Source: Trichosphaerium sp. ATCC 40318 | Lineage: Eukaryota; Protista; Tubulinea | Length of the DNA stretch: 64,000 nt | Reading direction: 5' to 3' | NCBI GenBank assembly: GCA_038496445.1 | Contig: JALMLS010000057.1 | Coordinates: 1-64,000 of the forward strand | Shown here: one piece after another, positions 11,685 to 24,843 of the stretch | Position numbering within the stretch: position 1 is the stretch's first letter | Layout: every line of letters begins with the position of its first letter | Program-made: the position numbers and the translations under genes | Notes under the pieces: generated by a model | Databases searched by the model: none | Told to the model about the DNA's origin: nothing | The model's input: the letters and a program-made list of their open reading frames with translations, nothing else

Positions 11685-13191
11685 CCCTACAGTGGTTGTT
11701 AGGAAACGGGTCGCAAAACCGAATTTTAAAGCATTATGTAACTAAACGTCGTATAGGTAGCTGATGGCACGATGCTAAATAAAAAATAGGCAAAAACAAG
11801 CTACCGTAACGGATTTGCGAGAATAGGTTAAAAATGGAATTTCAAAGCCATAACTACCGCGTACAACACTAATAATAAATAGTTCGCTGCAGAAACAAAG
11901 AAAAATGAAAAAAGAACGTACCAGCAACTTACAAAGCAATCAATAGTATTATCACTTACTCTGCTGCCTATTGTAATAATAAGGGCGTGTGAATGAAAGC
12001 TACAAAAGTCAATTGGGGTAAATCTATTCGTGAATTGACGCCAATCAGTTAAGAACAAGGTTCACAGGAGGATCAAAATTAACAAGGCGAGGAATCAAAG
12101 TTACGCGTAACGTGACTCAGTGTCCTTGTTTTATTTTTTTTGAGAAACGCCATATACGTTTTAATCATGCAAGTGCAGGATATACTCGATCATGGAATTT
12201 GTGAACAAGCCAGCAAAGTCAGCTGACTGATTCCAATTTAGTGGGTTTTTTCGGTATTTGTTACAAAGTTTGAATGTCCAAGCATGCAACACATAAAATT
12301 GGTATTAAACGAAGTTTTTAGTGTAATGACAGAATTGACAGACACCTCAAAGTTGAGATTGTTTTTTTTAAAAGTTGTCGCATGTACTACACAGACTCTT
12401 GGTAATTTCACTTTCTATCTTTATATTGCTTATATATGAGTTCTAGGTGTAGGTTTGTTACAGTTAGCTATTCGGTTTGATCTATATTCATTTTATGCTA
12501 ATATTGTGCACTTAGTCCAATCGTCTGAAATACAGCATCTCCTTCAAGGTACCTATTGGTGATAGCATTTTCGGATTGGTGTCCAACAGGATAATAAAAC
12601 GGATCAAACTTGGATACTATATTGTAATCTGTGATGGCTACAGGCATTGTCATTTTCATAATTCCCGTAATCATTCGATATTTTGCTCTATACACAGATT
12701 GAAGTACTCCATTTAGTTTGATGCATGATCAACAACATCACTGAACACCCCAAGCTTAATATGATATTAAAGTGTTGTAGGATCACGTGCCTTTAAGTCT
12801 ATCAATTAACTCTGAGCCACTCAAACACTGTCTTTGCACTCCCAGTTTTGCTACTGGTCATGCTCAATTTCGGGAAGGAAAATTTGCTCATGTGTCAAAA
12901 CTCGCCAACCTTCATCAATAACTTTGTTAATCTATACTGAGTGCGCGATATTTTAGCGATTTTAGGCTATCACCTACTCCTGCGTCCAGCTGATGCAGTA
13001 ATTGACGCGTAGCTTTACGCGATTTCATGATTGTAACGGTTTGCGTTTATTTTGCGTGAATTTTAAACTATTGGAATAGGTAACAAATGTAGCGGTAAAT
13101 GCGAATAACAAAAGGCAGTATCACTCACAAGTGAAAGTGTTGAGATAACCAAAAAGCAATACATTTTATTCTCCAAGTTATCAGTAGTTAT

Positions 13192-14557
13192 CTATACAAA
13201 CAAAGAATGCGTGTACTTGCGTAATTGCCTTGAATGCAATGTCAGCAACAGCCTTAACAACGCACGTACCATTGCTTTGACTTCTTCATCCTACCGCCAA
13301 CTATTTTACCCAGCCACGGAAACGTTGGATAGTACCAACGAAGTACTGACCCAAACGAGTGTGCTATTCCTCCACCACCAATCGAAAGCAATGTGCATGC
13401 TGATACACGATACCTACAGCTGTTAGAGAGCTATCAAAGTAATCTCCACACCATTCTTGACATGAAGTGATGTTTAGTTTTTGTTCTGCGTATCTAACAA
13501 AGTTCGCTATATTGGATTTACTAAACCAGTATCCCCACTCTCTACTCGGTGACTCTCTACGTACAGGGACATTATTTTTCCTACGACTATGAGCAACAGC
13601 GAAATTAACAAGACGCACGGGTTCTTTATAAGCTTATATAATCGGGGAGGTAACACTGATTCAAGGTGTGGACTACAGACTGGTTAAGGGCACAACGACA
13701 GGTAACCATAATAGGCATGTATGTATCCTATCAGTGACAAAAAGTGTCACTGTTAGAACACGTCCTTTAGCTCATTGTGAGTAAGTGTTGTACCTGTCTA
13801 CCAACTCCAATAAACCACTCTGTTTAAGTTCTTTGATACTAAACTTTTCCCAATCACGTGGTGCTTTGACGTTTAGCCTGTGGGCTACCTTATCTATCAT
13901 AGATTTGATATAGTCATCTTCCAAAAAACGGTTTGGTTTTCGGCTTGAGAGAGGGTTAGAAATCTACTACGTACTAAAACGACAACCTGAATCTCCATAG
14001 TTTCCACTCGTGTTCCGGGTAAATATGTTCAAGAGCACAAGACACTGAATCATTGAATCTGTGGAACTTGTTAAAAATAAACCGTTAACTAAGTGCTACC
14101 TATTGTATAGGATGCCCGTAGCGCCTAATTCTCGCATTCTTCGATGGGTAACAGTGTACCAATCATCCAAGCAGTACAAAGTGAGGCGTTCAGCTAAATC
14201 ATCAAAAAATGCCCTTTGGTTATTGTCACTATTCCAATAGTAGTCTGGTACGGATCTTTTAGCACTTTAGCGAGCTGTAAATTATAGTACAAGCCGTACC
14301 CAAATTTCCACTCTATCCAATCATACGAAGGGTACAGTGACTTTACTATATTAGATACAGTGTAACCATATCTACTACTGTGAGTTTTAAAGATTTTGTA
14401 ATACTTACGTCTTTAACAGCGATGTTCCACCGTGACGTATCACGTCCTTGCGAGTTATAGCATAACAGCTCGCTTTGGTGAATGCGCGTAGTTTTGATGC
14501 GACATTTTCAAACAGAACACGTTGGGCAGCCTTTGAGGCCACCCCATATACACGCAT
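13192..14557 (-). CDS. Uncharacterised Trp-rich helical tandem-repeat protein, multi-exon
   Basis: Recurring unit such as YWNSDNNQRAFFDDLAERLTLYCLDDWYTVT...GATGIL...LEHIYPEHEWKLWRF and YWFSKSNIANFVRYAEQKLNITSCQEWYRVS...GGGGI...YYPTFPW. GT-AG introns. Mostly missed by the ORF track. Confidence 0.7.
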
Positions 14558-14616
14558 CGAGTGACAGGCCTGTTTTTAAGGTCAAATGCAGTCTGTTATT
14601 GTTTTTTGCTTTAACA
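14558..14616. promoter_or_regulatory. Very short divergent (bidirectional) intergenic spacer
   Basis: Only 59 bp between the inferred ATGs at 14557 (-) and 14617 (+). Confidence 0.45.
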
Positions 14617-15841
14617 ATGTGGAGGTTCTCTCAACGCCTCACTACAGGTAAATATACGCGTAAAGTACGATACAGGCGCAATAAGCGAGCTGTACGGTTA
14701 TTTTGCACAGATAACCCTCCGCCTTTGTCAAAACCAAACTATATAACTCCAGAAGAGTACCAAGAACAGTTACAGACAAACAAAGACGAAGAAAACGTGA
14801 ATATGAAATACTCACAGCAAGAGATGAACAAGCTCTTTGAGGAAGAGAGCAAGGCATTTGCCTACGATAAAGCAAAGGCACAAAAAAACGCCAGGCGACT
14901 GTACAGTATTACAGAGGAAAAAATGTTCTTTCCACCAACGAAAGCCTACTTCAGCGACAAGTTCGGTAAAGACCCTGCCGAGGTGTGGTTGCAAGGAGAC
15001 CGATTTGTACTGAAGTATGTACTTCACAACAACCTCACAGAACTCACACTACTAGAACACGAATGGTGGACTTTTCAGGGCCAAACCCTTTTTCGATTAA
15101 AAGCTCTATGAATTTTGCAAAGTTTGGACACATACTATTCGAGTTTCACACAGTAATGAATGACAATGAGCAAGAGTTTTATCTCACTGACTTTACAGCA
15201 TCTTGGAAATGGCCAATTACAGTAACAAGTAAGCCAACAAAAGAGGACTTTATTCTCAAAGAGTCACGTGATTTATTTTTTATTAATGTGTTCAAATAGC
15301 ACCTGAAGGAGAAACTGTGAAAAAAGATTTGTTATTTTATATGAAGGATAAGGACAGAGTGAAAACACTAATGTTGAGCTTGAGGCTTGCCGAAGATAAT
15401 AAAGTGGACGTACAATATGCAAAAGCTGCACGTATGACAGAAGTATTTACTGATCTTAACAGCCGTTTGCCAAAAGGCTGGAAAATGGTATGTTGGATGA
15501 TGAGTACTTTTTGATTTCTTCTTACTTGTCCTCTTAGAATATTTGCTTTTTTTGCCATCATGGTGAGCTTGAACCAGAACGTGGAGGTACGGGTTTTGGA
15601 GATATTGGTTGCTTTAAATACGATGTAAAAATGTTCGAAAAGGTTAGTAGCAGGTGTCAATTCCTTTTTGTATTAATTGAAGTAGCCGAAATCGCAATTG
15701 GAGCTGGTTACACAATGGCAAACTAGCAAGGTAGAATATGTGCCAGAATTTTACACATGTAATAAGTTCAAGACGAGGACAAGACAGCATTCACCTCCTT
15801 TGGAAACAGACTCAGAAGCATTGGCAAGACTTAAAGTATAG
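14617..15841 (+). CDS. DUF6304-like Cys4 protein with predicted mitochondrial presequence, multi-exon
   Basis: Arg-rich, acid-free N-terminus MWRFSQRLTTGKYTRKVRYRRNKRAVRLFC; then AYFSDKFGKD, and LPKGWKMNICFFC...FGDIGCFK...YVPEFYTCNKFKTR, which follows the bacterial DUF6304 motif pattern as I recall it. Confidence 0.6.
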
Positions 15842-15969
15842 GCTTTCTCTACAAACCAAACTATGTATTTTAATTGGTCTTTTACATAAACTGAAATAGC
15901 ACCATGTATTGCACATATTTCACAAGCGGATCATGTTAACATAACTGGTCATTTTGCTTGTTACTTTGA

Positions 15970-16704
15970 TTACATTAGATCCGTGAAAGTTGTTGAACTG
16001 TTGAATGCTGAAGGAGTTTTAAATCTAGTTCTACCATTGTAAATACCGGAGTATTCGATATCAAATTGCAGGAGTACTATGTTCACATCCTTAAAGTCTG
16101 TATTAGACCTCCAGTGGCGTCTCAAAAACCCAACAAATTCTTTAATGTCACAAACTTCGAATCTATAAATGGATTTTGATTAATCTTGAGAAGGTATACA
16201 TAGCATTCGTACTCAGACCAATCTACCCATTTGGCATACGTGGCTTGATTTAACAGTTCCAATAGATACACAAGCAAAGGATACTTAGGTGTTCTTTTCA
16301 CCACTGTTTTACTCTTTGGCACTACAAGAACTGGGTAGTTTGCATTCACGTGCTTCTTTGCATCACGTTGGCAAGCTGTATTGTATTTATAAGAGTACCT
16401 TAAGTATCTGGTGAATATTGTACCTTCACAATGAAGCCAGTGTCTTTCGAGAAAAGAGTCCAAACAGAATGAACTATTGCGTATTTCATTTAACATGAGC
16501 GCTTGTTTTTCAATCTCTGACTGCCAAACATCCAAAGCCTGTCGGTTAACTTTCCTCTTTTTAACCAACCGCTTTTTTCCAGTTGGCCTAATAGTTGTAT
16601 TAAGCCCATGAAGAACGTTTTAGAAGATAAACAATTAGTGAACAAAAAACCGTTTATGCGCACGTGGTAGCTCGTTTCTTTGTGGTTTGTCTTTTTCTCT
16701 TCAT
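15970..16704 (-). CDS. Hypothetical protein with basic NLS-like N-terminus
   Basis: First exon MKRKRQTTKKRAT, ORF 16122-16568 and a final exon. No recognisable domain. Confidence 0.5.
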
Positions 16705-16841
16705 GCCGTTATACCCCTCAAAAGTGATGGTTACTGCAGTTGTACGTCGTTATTCTTTTAAGCCGTTTATGTTTGTTGACCGTTTTTTATTCCTACCCAC
16801 TTTTTAATGTTGCAAATGCTACGTAGACGCAACACTCTGAA

Positions 16842-17498
16842 ATGAGCATTGTCTATGATACTTTTGTAGCTTCTTGTAACAAACTCGTTGAAAAATCGGC
16901 TGAGAGTAGGGAGGACGCATGGGAACTTCGTGATGGAGGCAGCGATTGCTGTTATAATTGTAAAGTATAACTTGTAGTACAGTGACGTTGTAGCCGCTTA
17001 TATTCTTTATAGAAATACCTAGCGCGTACCCACGTATTGCGAAAGCTACAAAGCGACGAAGACACGCCCACTTTTTGTTATTTTGATTACTTTATTGTCT
17101 ATAGTAGTACCTATACTGTCCCAGTACGTCCTACACTGTAATGAGCCGTACATCATCTCACTTCGAAAAGGTTTTGTACTTCAATGTGTACAACTTGGAC
17201 GGATCTCTTTTGACGCCGGAAGAATTCCGTAAAAGCCTTCCACAGCATCTGTCAAATGAAAAGCAAAAATGGAATTTTATTACCCAAGACGTACGCAAAA
17301 TGACACTTTGGTCGCTTCTTATGGTAGTAGGAACACCCAATAACAGGAGTACCTTGTAACTACATACACCCATGCCAAACACAACAAGTAATGGAACAGC
17401 TTCTACAAGGCGCTGCTACCTCTGATTATCTCCTTACGTGGCTTAGTATGTATGGTGCCTTTGTTGGTATTACTGTGAAGCCGCAGTGGCTATTGTAG
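16842..17498 (+). CDS. ATG10: Autophagy E2-like conjugating enzyme ATG10
   Basis: Spliced translation contains IVYSSTYTVPVLYFN, ITQDEHP, the catalytic IHPCQT motif and YLLTWLSMYG. Confidence 0.9.
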
Positions 17499-17637
17499 TA
17501 TCCATTAATAAAGTAGTCGGTACACAAACCGAAAAACTTCAATTATGGACCGACGAAATTTTGTTAAGCAATTCAACCTCTTTCTCCAAATCAAGTTTTT
17601 TGTGCCTTCAAATGCTGTGCAGCGTTATAGTATACCA

Positions 17638-20600
17638 ATGATGTTGCGGAAAAAGAAAGGCAGTGGCCGGCACAAAAAAAAGGCCAGCAAAGCGCTAAAG
17701 CACTGGAAAAAGGTTGTAGGTATTGATAGGAACAGTGACCGCATTCCGCCAATCGTTACAGAGACAGCAGCATATCTAAGAGAGCGTGGTGCGTTGAGCG
17801 TATTTCTTGCGTGATACGCATTTTAAAAGCCTTAGAAATGATGTTAATTAAAATTACTGCCAAAACTAACAACTTGTTTTCAGGACTAGAAGAAGAGGGT
17901 ATTTTTCGCATCCCTGGATCAGCTCAAGAAATAAAGGACGTTAAAAAGCGATATGACAAAGGTACTGCATCGATACCAATTAAGAGCTAAAAAGGGTGCA
18001 GGTAAATCAGTAGATCTTGCATCCATTACAAACAGACACACGGTTGCGGGGTTGTTCAAAGTATTCTTCAGGCAGCTGCCAGAGCCTTTACTTACGTTCG
18101 AACTCTATGACGCATTACTAGCAACTCTTCGTACGTACAATAACGCGATAGACTTTCTTTCTTAATTTGATCAAAGAGCCTTCTGAACTTGCAGAACGCA
18201 TAGAGCGTATACGACAAGTAGTGGACACACTACCACTCGGTAATAAAACGATTCTCAGGTTTTCAATGAAGTTTTTGTATGAAGTGTCATTAAAACAAGA
18301 TGTAAGCTACAAAACCACCTTGACAGACATACATTTATTTTAACTGACACTTTTTTTTCCATTGATCAGAAAAACAAAATGTCAGCTACTAATTTAGCTA
18401 TTGTATTCGCTCCAAATTTGATTCGTACACGTGAAGAAACATATGAGATCATACTCACACACTCTACGCTTGTTAATTCATTAATGACATTACTCATAAA
18501 GCGATACCCACAAATCTTTGAAGTACGTCACAAAGCCATTTTTTTTCTTTTTTTTTTAAAGTTAACTGCACCAAAACCAAGCGAAAAACAGTTGAGTGGC
18601 GTCTATCTTACGAATCTAAATTTTATACAATGACTTCTAATCAAATAAAAGGGAAAGGAGCTTGTGAGTGCTGATCCTAATGAAGGAGAAGCTAAAAAAC
18701 CAGAGTTGATACCACTCAACAAAATCCAAACTATGCAAAGACTTGATAACAAAGGTGCGTTTGGGTTTGGGGTTTTCGACTTTGATGACTTGCTTCCAAC
18801 CGAAACTTGGAGCTCTAAATCTGAGACAACATGGTCTCCTGCACCACCCGTAAAAAGGAAGAAATCTAAATCAAGAAAGACGAAACGCAAATCTACCGCT
18901 ATCGCTAAAAAAAACCCACACGCGAAGTCCAAATCATCTCAGCACACAAAACAACATGTTCGAGGTTAGGGACAACCATGAAGATTCGTATATATTATTA
19001 TTGGAACAACCATTTGAAGTGTAGGTTTTAGAAAGCACGTGACCTACACTTCAAGTATTTGTTTTCTTTTTTTTTTCTTTTCTTCAAAAACCTTCTTTAT
19101 ACATATTTGTATTATTCTGTATTATACCTCTCGGTAGAGTAGCATACTTTTTGTTGTTTGATCAAACAGTACATAGAAACGTTTGTTCGTATAACAAATC
19201 TATGTTAATGCATCTACAGATGAGTCTTTGTTCTGTGCTGTAGATGCAATGCCGTTTGGTTTTAGTTGTCCAACACGTGGTGGAGATAATGCGCTTGACA
19301 CCATGGAGAATTGGGTACTTCAAATACAAACAGGGTTCCTTAAAATTAATGTGAATATGCGCGATTCAGGTGCGTTTTTACCGCCTTTGTTTTTTTGTAA
19401 GAAGAAAATCACTGTGGTTTTAGGACTTATAGATGAGCTGGAATGCATTGATGAGGGTAGTTGAACTCAAAAAAATCCAACTTTTTTATTATTACATACC
19501 TTATTATATATCTCTTTATTTATATTCATAGAACCTCCTACATCTCTTATGACAGGTGGCCCTAACTCCTTTAACTCAAATAGTGCGCCAGGTGGGTTTT
19601 CTTTAGCGTAGAATGCGTTCGGGTTTAGTGTTGGGTTTTATTGCTGGATTACTAATTTTTTTGTTGTCCTTACATTTAATTGAAAAACAATTTTGACTGA
19701 CTTGGTTTTAAGCTGTTAACTTTGCACCTGGTCCAACTGAGATAAAAGAAGCTGAAGATAGAGAGCGAAGCAAGTATGTTTATAAGTTGTTGACCTACAA
19801 CTATGTTGCTTACACCTTTTTACAGATCGTTGGCACAACATCATCACAAAACACCAAAGAAGGGTAGTACTGTAAGTACTCTCACATATGTAATTCAATG
19901 TAGCGATCTAACATGTTTCTAGAAAGGTTCTAAAAAGAAGAAACACCATCGGCGACGGAAGAGTGCGTCTGCTGGCTCCAAAAAGAAGAAACTTAGCCCT
20001 AGAGGTACGAAAAAAAAAGTAACAATCTTACTAAAACTGGTGTAGTGGAGCGTCGTAAAAAGAAAGAACCTCATGAAGTTGAAGACGAAGAAGATCCAGA
20101 GCGTATTAAGCTTGAACAAGAAGCTCTGAACAAAGTGTTTGGATCAAGGAAACAAAACTTTTATCAAACCTTGCGCGTACGTTAAAAAAAAAAAAAGAAC
20201 ATGGCTTCATTTATACTGCCTTTGCCAATTGTGTATTTATACATTATTAATAGGAGGGCCAATTGGTGCTAGCAAAGAATCTTATCGATGAACAACAGAT
20301 TATATGTGATATAAAAGAACTTGAAAAAATGTCTGAGCAAGTACGTGAAGTTGAAGCTTCTTCTGGGAAAAAAAACCAAAAAAAGTTCGTGCATCTTTTG
20401 TATTAACTGAGAACAGGATCGCGCTAAAATGGAGGCTGATATTTCCCATAAGATTGGTACATTAAGACCACGTAAAACAAGAGTAAAGAAAACCATCCTT
20501 GATGGTGATTTTTTCCAACCAAAAGATGCTGGCAAGTAATTCTTTGAATAACTTGTTCCTTCGTACTCATGTTTTTTTCAGTTTCTCCAAAGTCACCTGT

Positions 20601-21695
20601 GCAATCAGTACCACTGGAAGGTCTTGAAGACTTTGCAAAGTACTGGGCTAATCACTATGCTCGCCAAGAGGCTAAAAAAGCAGAAAAGGCTGGATTTGAA
20701 TATAAAAAAAGCTATGATCATTATCATGCTATATTCTATGATCAAGCTCTAGAGAAAGGAAAATTATCACTTGAAAGCAACCCTTCACTAACACTACCTG
20801 ATTCTGAACGAAATGAGATACCTAGTGTATCAGATGAGGTTTCAGACTTGGGCGCAAGGATGTCACTTGCTCTTGATGGTAAGACAGCAGCTGAGTTGCT
20901 TGAAGGTGTTGAAGGCTCTGAATTTGCTCCTGTAGATCAGAAGCGACCACCAAAACCCAGCATGTTAGGTACGCACAGATTTCAGAGCGGTTTTTTTTGT
21001 TTGTTTGGGTTTGAGTAACTAAGCGTTGTTTTGTAGATTTGTCATTACCTCCTCCTCCTGCTAGTGTAAAGATTGATGCCAGCTTATCTCCAGAATTACT
21101 ATCACCTCCTGCTAATATTCCACTGCCACCTCCAATATACTGTACGTCTTTAGGCACTTACAAGCTATCTTTGATTTTCGTGTCTCATATTTCTTAGCGG
21201 AAGAGTCATGGAGTGAAGACGATGATGCAGATGGAGACACTGACGATGAAGATGATGACATCTTCCATGACGACAAGTTTGACGAAGTTGGTACGCTAAA
21301 AGCCAAACAACACACTTAATGTTGTATTGTTTTTTGTATTATTCTAATGTTATTTCGTTAAGAACCCGCGTCACCCCCAGCAGAACCACAGGATCCAGAT
21401 GGTACTTAATAAGCTATAAATTTAAAGTAACGTGAGATCTAACTCGTTCTTTTTTTAATAGCTGTCGCATCTTCAATGCTCTCTGGAGACTTTGGTGATC
21501 TACCTCAATATTTAAGTGGCTTAAAGACCCTTGGACGCCAAGAGCGTACAAAATCTGCTCGTAGACTTCTTGGAACTCTAAAGGTAAGCTTATAAATGAT
21601 GTTATCTTCCCGTGGTTTGTTTTTTTTGACACTTTTGCTCTGCTTAGGCAAAGAAGAAAGGACGTGTTGCTGCAGCCCAGCTCTTTGATTTATGA
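17638..21695 (+). CDS. RhoGAP-domain protein with long low-complexity, Pro-rich and acidic C-terminus (3' half may be a separate gene)
   Basis: IPPIVTET...EGIFRIPGS (arginine finger), VAGLFKVFFRQLPEPLLTF and NKMSATNLAIVFAPNL. Downstream exons continue to AAQLFDL*. Confidence 0.75.
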
Positions 21696-21866
21696 TTGGT
21701 TAAAAAAAAATGTAAATTATTCATTAAATTATACGAACACCTCTTTTTGGATTTAGACTGAAATACGTGTTAAAAAATTCAATGACTGATGTTTGACTCA
21801 AGAGTAAACAGTGACAAAGGACAGTTCTTTTAACACAAAGCACTACGTTTACACTGGTTTTTCGCT

Positions 21867-23298
21867 CTATGGCAAATACGTAGAGGAAAACGCTTCTTGC
21901 CACATATTAAAGGACTGGTTTGTGATTTTTACAATGCATCCTAGAGAGCCAACCATCTTCTTTGTTATTTGAGTACCATCACAATAAATGTAATCAAGGC
22001 TTGTTAAATCAACAATTCCATCATCTGTGATTTGTGAGCAGCGTGTTAGATCTAATTGCTTAACACCAATAAGACTGTTCACTCCTTTGTCTGTTATGTG
22101 GTTACAACTTTGAAGGCTTATGACTTTAACACCAACCAGGTATCTTAAACCTTCATCTGTTACAGATGTGCGATTAAGAGAAATTGCATGTACTCCAGCA
22201 AGTGCCTTCAAAGTAGTATCATTAACACAATCAAGATACGAAATATCAATGACTTTTACACCTGCCAATTGTTTTATCCCATCATTTGTTACTAATCTAC
22301 AACGAGCCAAGGCAATGCGATATACTCCTACCAAACATGATAGAGTATCATCTGTTACTTGTTTACAACTGCGCATCTCAATACAAGGTATACCAGCCAA
22401 AAGTTGTAACACATTGTTTGATATTTGAGTACAGCCATCAAGATTAATTTTTTTGATTTTGTTTGTTGTTTGATTTTGTGTTAACAGATACTTTACTCCT
22501 TCATCTGTAATGAGTTTACAGTGACCAAAAGATATTTCAGTTGCATTTGTTAGTGCTCTTACACTTTTATCTGTAATATCACAGTGGTCAAGATTTATCT
22601 TGTGTACACTACCTGCAATGGCAATGACACCTTCGTCTGTAATAAAGTAGCAATATGTTAGGTTAATGGTGTGAACCCCAGCAAGCGCTTCAAGTCCTTT
22701 ATCTCTTATATTTGTATGTGTAACATCAATTGTATGAATACCAGCAAGTTCTTGAAGCCATTCATCTTTAAAATGCCCATCTGATAAGTCTAGTGTATGA
22801 ATACCATGAAGTGATTTAAATCCAGAATGTATGTACTTGCATCGAAATTTTCTTATTCGTAGTTGCAGATGATGTACACCTGAAATATGTTCTAACATAA
22901 CATCTGTCAATGAAATCCCCTGATCTTTTATTTCAAGGTGATGGACACCAGAGAGATTTTTAAAGTCATCATCACTCATTTTCAAACGATAAATAAGTAT
23001 TTTAGTATTTTTCAAAAGAGGACTTCCACACAGCGTGACTAGATTTTCTCTTGACTTGACAGTCACCGTTAAATACCCCAAATGATTTAAAATGATTGTA
23101 GAAAAGAGTTTACAAACAAACGTGGCAGATATACGGCATTTCTTGCCCAAAAACGCCAGAATACAAAATATAATTTCTGTCGGTAGCTGAAGCAATTCAA
23201 ATGGCCTGGTAATACGTAATTAGGAAAGATTGTGGTTTAGCGAGTAAAAAGCTAGGCTATTGTAAAAAAACGCACTCTAGTGTTGATGTTCGAAGCAT
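21867..23298 (-). CDS. F-box / leucine-rich repeat protein (FBXL-like)
   Basis: Short first exon MLRTSTL, then one long exon with the F-box LLQLPTEIIFCILAFL...FVCKLF and more than 12 cysteine-containing LRRs (VHTINLTYCYFITDEGV). Confidence 0.9.
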
Positions 23299-23431
23299 GC
23301 TCTGTCAGCGCAATTATTTTGTTAAAGAGATGTTGTACACGTGCTTGTATTAAATTGTGACTTAAACAGTGTAACTGTTCAGAAGTGGTTTCAGTGATTG
23401 TTCAACAATTACATTCATTTTGGGTTTGCTC

Positions 23432-24041
23432 ATGTTCAAGAAGAAGAAACGCCCTTCAAAACTATGGAAAAGAATACACAGCTGTTATGACAACAGCCAT
23501 CTGGCAGTCATAGGTCCAAACAGACCCATTACCTCTAACAGTTATATTCAAATTAGACCTGCACTTCATGACATTGCGCAACAGGTAAACTTCTAATCAA
23601 CAAACAACATACATTCAATATCGGGTTTTTTTTTGAAAGCACAGTAAGACCTTGTGTTTTATTTCCTTAAAAAAACAGTTTTTCAAGGCACGGGAGGGAA
23701 ATAAAAAGGTGAAGATTTTGAAGTGTAATTGTAACAGCAAATCTTTTTCCAATGCGCTTGTTTATTTGAAAAAAAATCAGTCTTGACTGTCTCTAACAGC
23801 TGTTCTTTAGCAAAACACAAACATACCTCAATTTTACTACAATCCCAATCGCTGCCGGAGTTACTATGAAACCGGATATTGTGGATACGGCAACCTCTGC
23901 AGGTGGGAACACGGAGAAACTGACTGGCTTCCAAAATACAAGCAAAACGAAGTTTGTAAAGGAAAAGAAAAAACAATTGAGACAATGCATGACGACCCCT
24001 TTATTGCTAGATATGGCCAACGACAACGTGGACTAAAATAA
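23432..24041 (+). CDS. Small CCCH zinc-finger protein (Cwc24/RNF113-like finger, no RING)
   Basis: Exon 23811-24041 reads YNPNRCRSYYETGYCGYGNLCRWEH (C-x8-C-x5-C-x3-H). The first exon is MFKKKKRP. Not in the ORF track; exon structure uncertain. Confidence 0.65.
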
Positions 24042-24238
24042 AATGTATGTACTTTAAACAAATACTTCCATTTTGCACATGTGTTCTAACGTGATGAGGT
24101 TTAACATGTAGTTTAGACCAACCAGATTCGAATAGAAACCAATATTGTACGCCAGAAAAGGAAACCACGTGTTGCTCCATTTTACATATTGTATTGCAAA
24201 GAATGTAGATTATACTACAGAGAAGTATACCCTTAAAT

Positions 24239-24843
24239 CTACGTATCTACCGTTCCTGGGTTGCGAAGAATCTCTCCTTCGTATGTTTTGAGTTGTTTCA
24301 TAAATCCATCATTTGGCTCTACAAACGGCCTCACGGTTCTAATGTGATCTATAGCTTGTTTTATATCGTAACCTTCAACATTCATCACGTATGCAATAAC
24401 TATAGTAGGTGCTCTACTTGCTCCAGCGCCACTAAAACCAGAATTAAAGAGTCACATTTTCATTGATTGAAAGTGCTAAAAACAGGTTTCAACGTATTTT
24501 GTTCTTCTTACATACCAATGAACTAAAACTCGTCCTTTGTTCTCTGGCGCTTCTGAAATGAAAATATTACACTCTTGAAAGTGTTCCCGGATGTTTGTCT
24601 TTTCATTATCCCAGAATGTAAGTACTTTGTACTTAAAACAGTCTACGATCGGAGGAAAAGGCATTGTATCGCATATCATCACAATATGGGTTATTTTATT
24701 TTTATCAAGCGCTTTTTTATCGTTAGCATCGCTTCTTGAGCCCTTTCAGTGCGTTAGAATGTGGTTTTAATGAAAAGAAATGTATGAATAGACAGAATTG
24801 TTTATGACGTACTAAAAACAGACCAAGGCAATACTTCATTCAT
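24239..24843 (-). CDS. Dual-specificity protein phosphatase
   Basis: ITHIV, VLVHCGAGASRAPTIVIAYVM (HCx5R) and RPFVEPNDGFMKQL. There is an apparent +1 frameshift in the first exon. Confidence 0.85.

Noticed and set aside
12420-13028. Possible small minus-strand gene starting MKSRKATRQLL
   Set aside because: I could not build a stop-free spliced model or recognise a domain.
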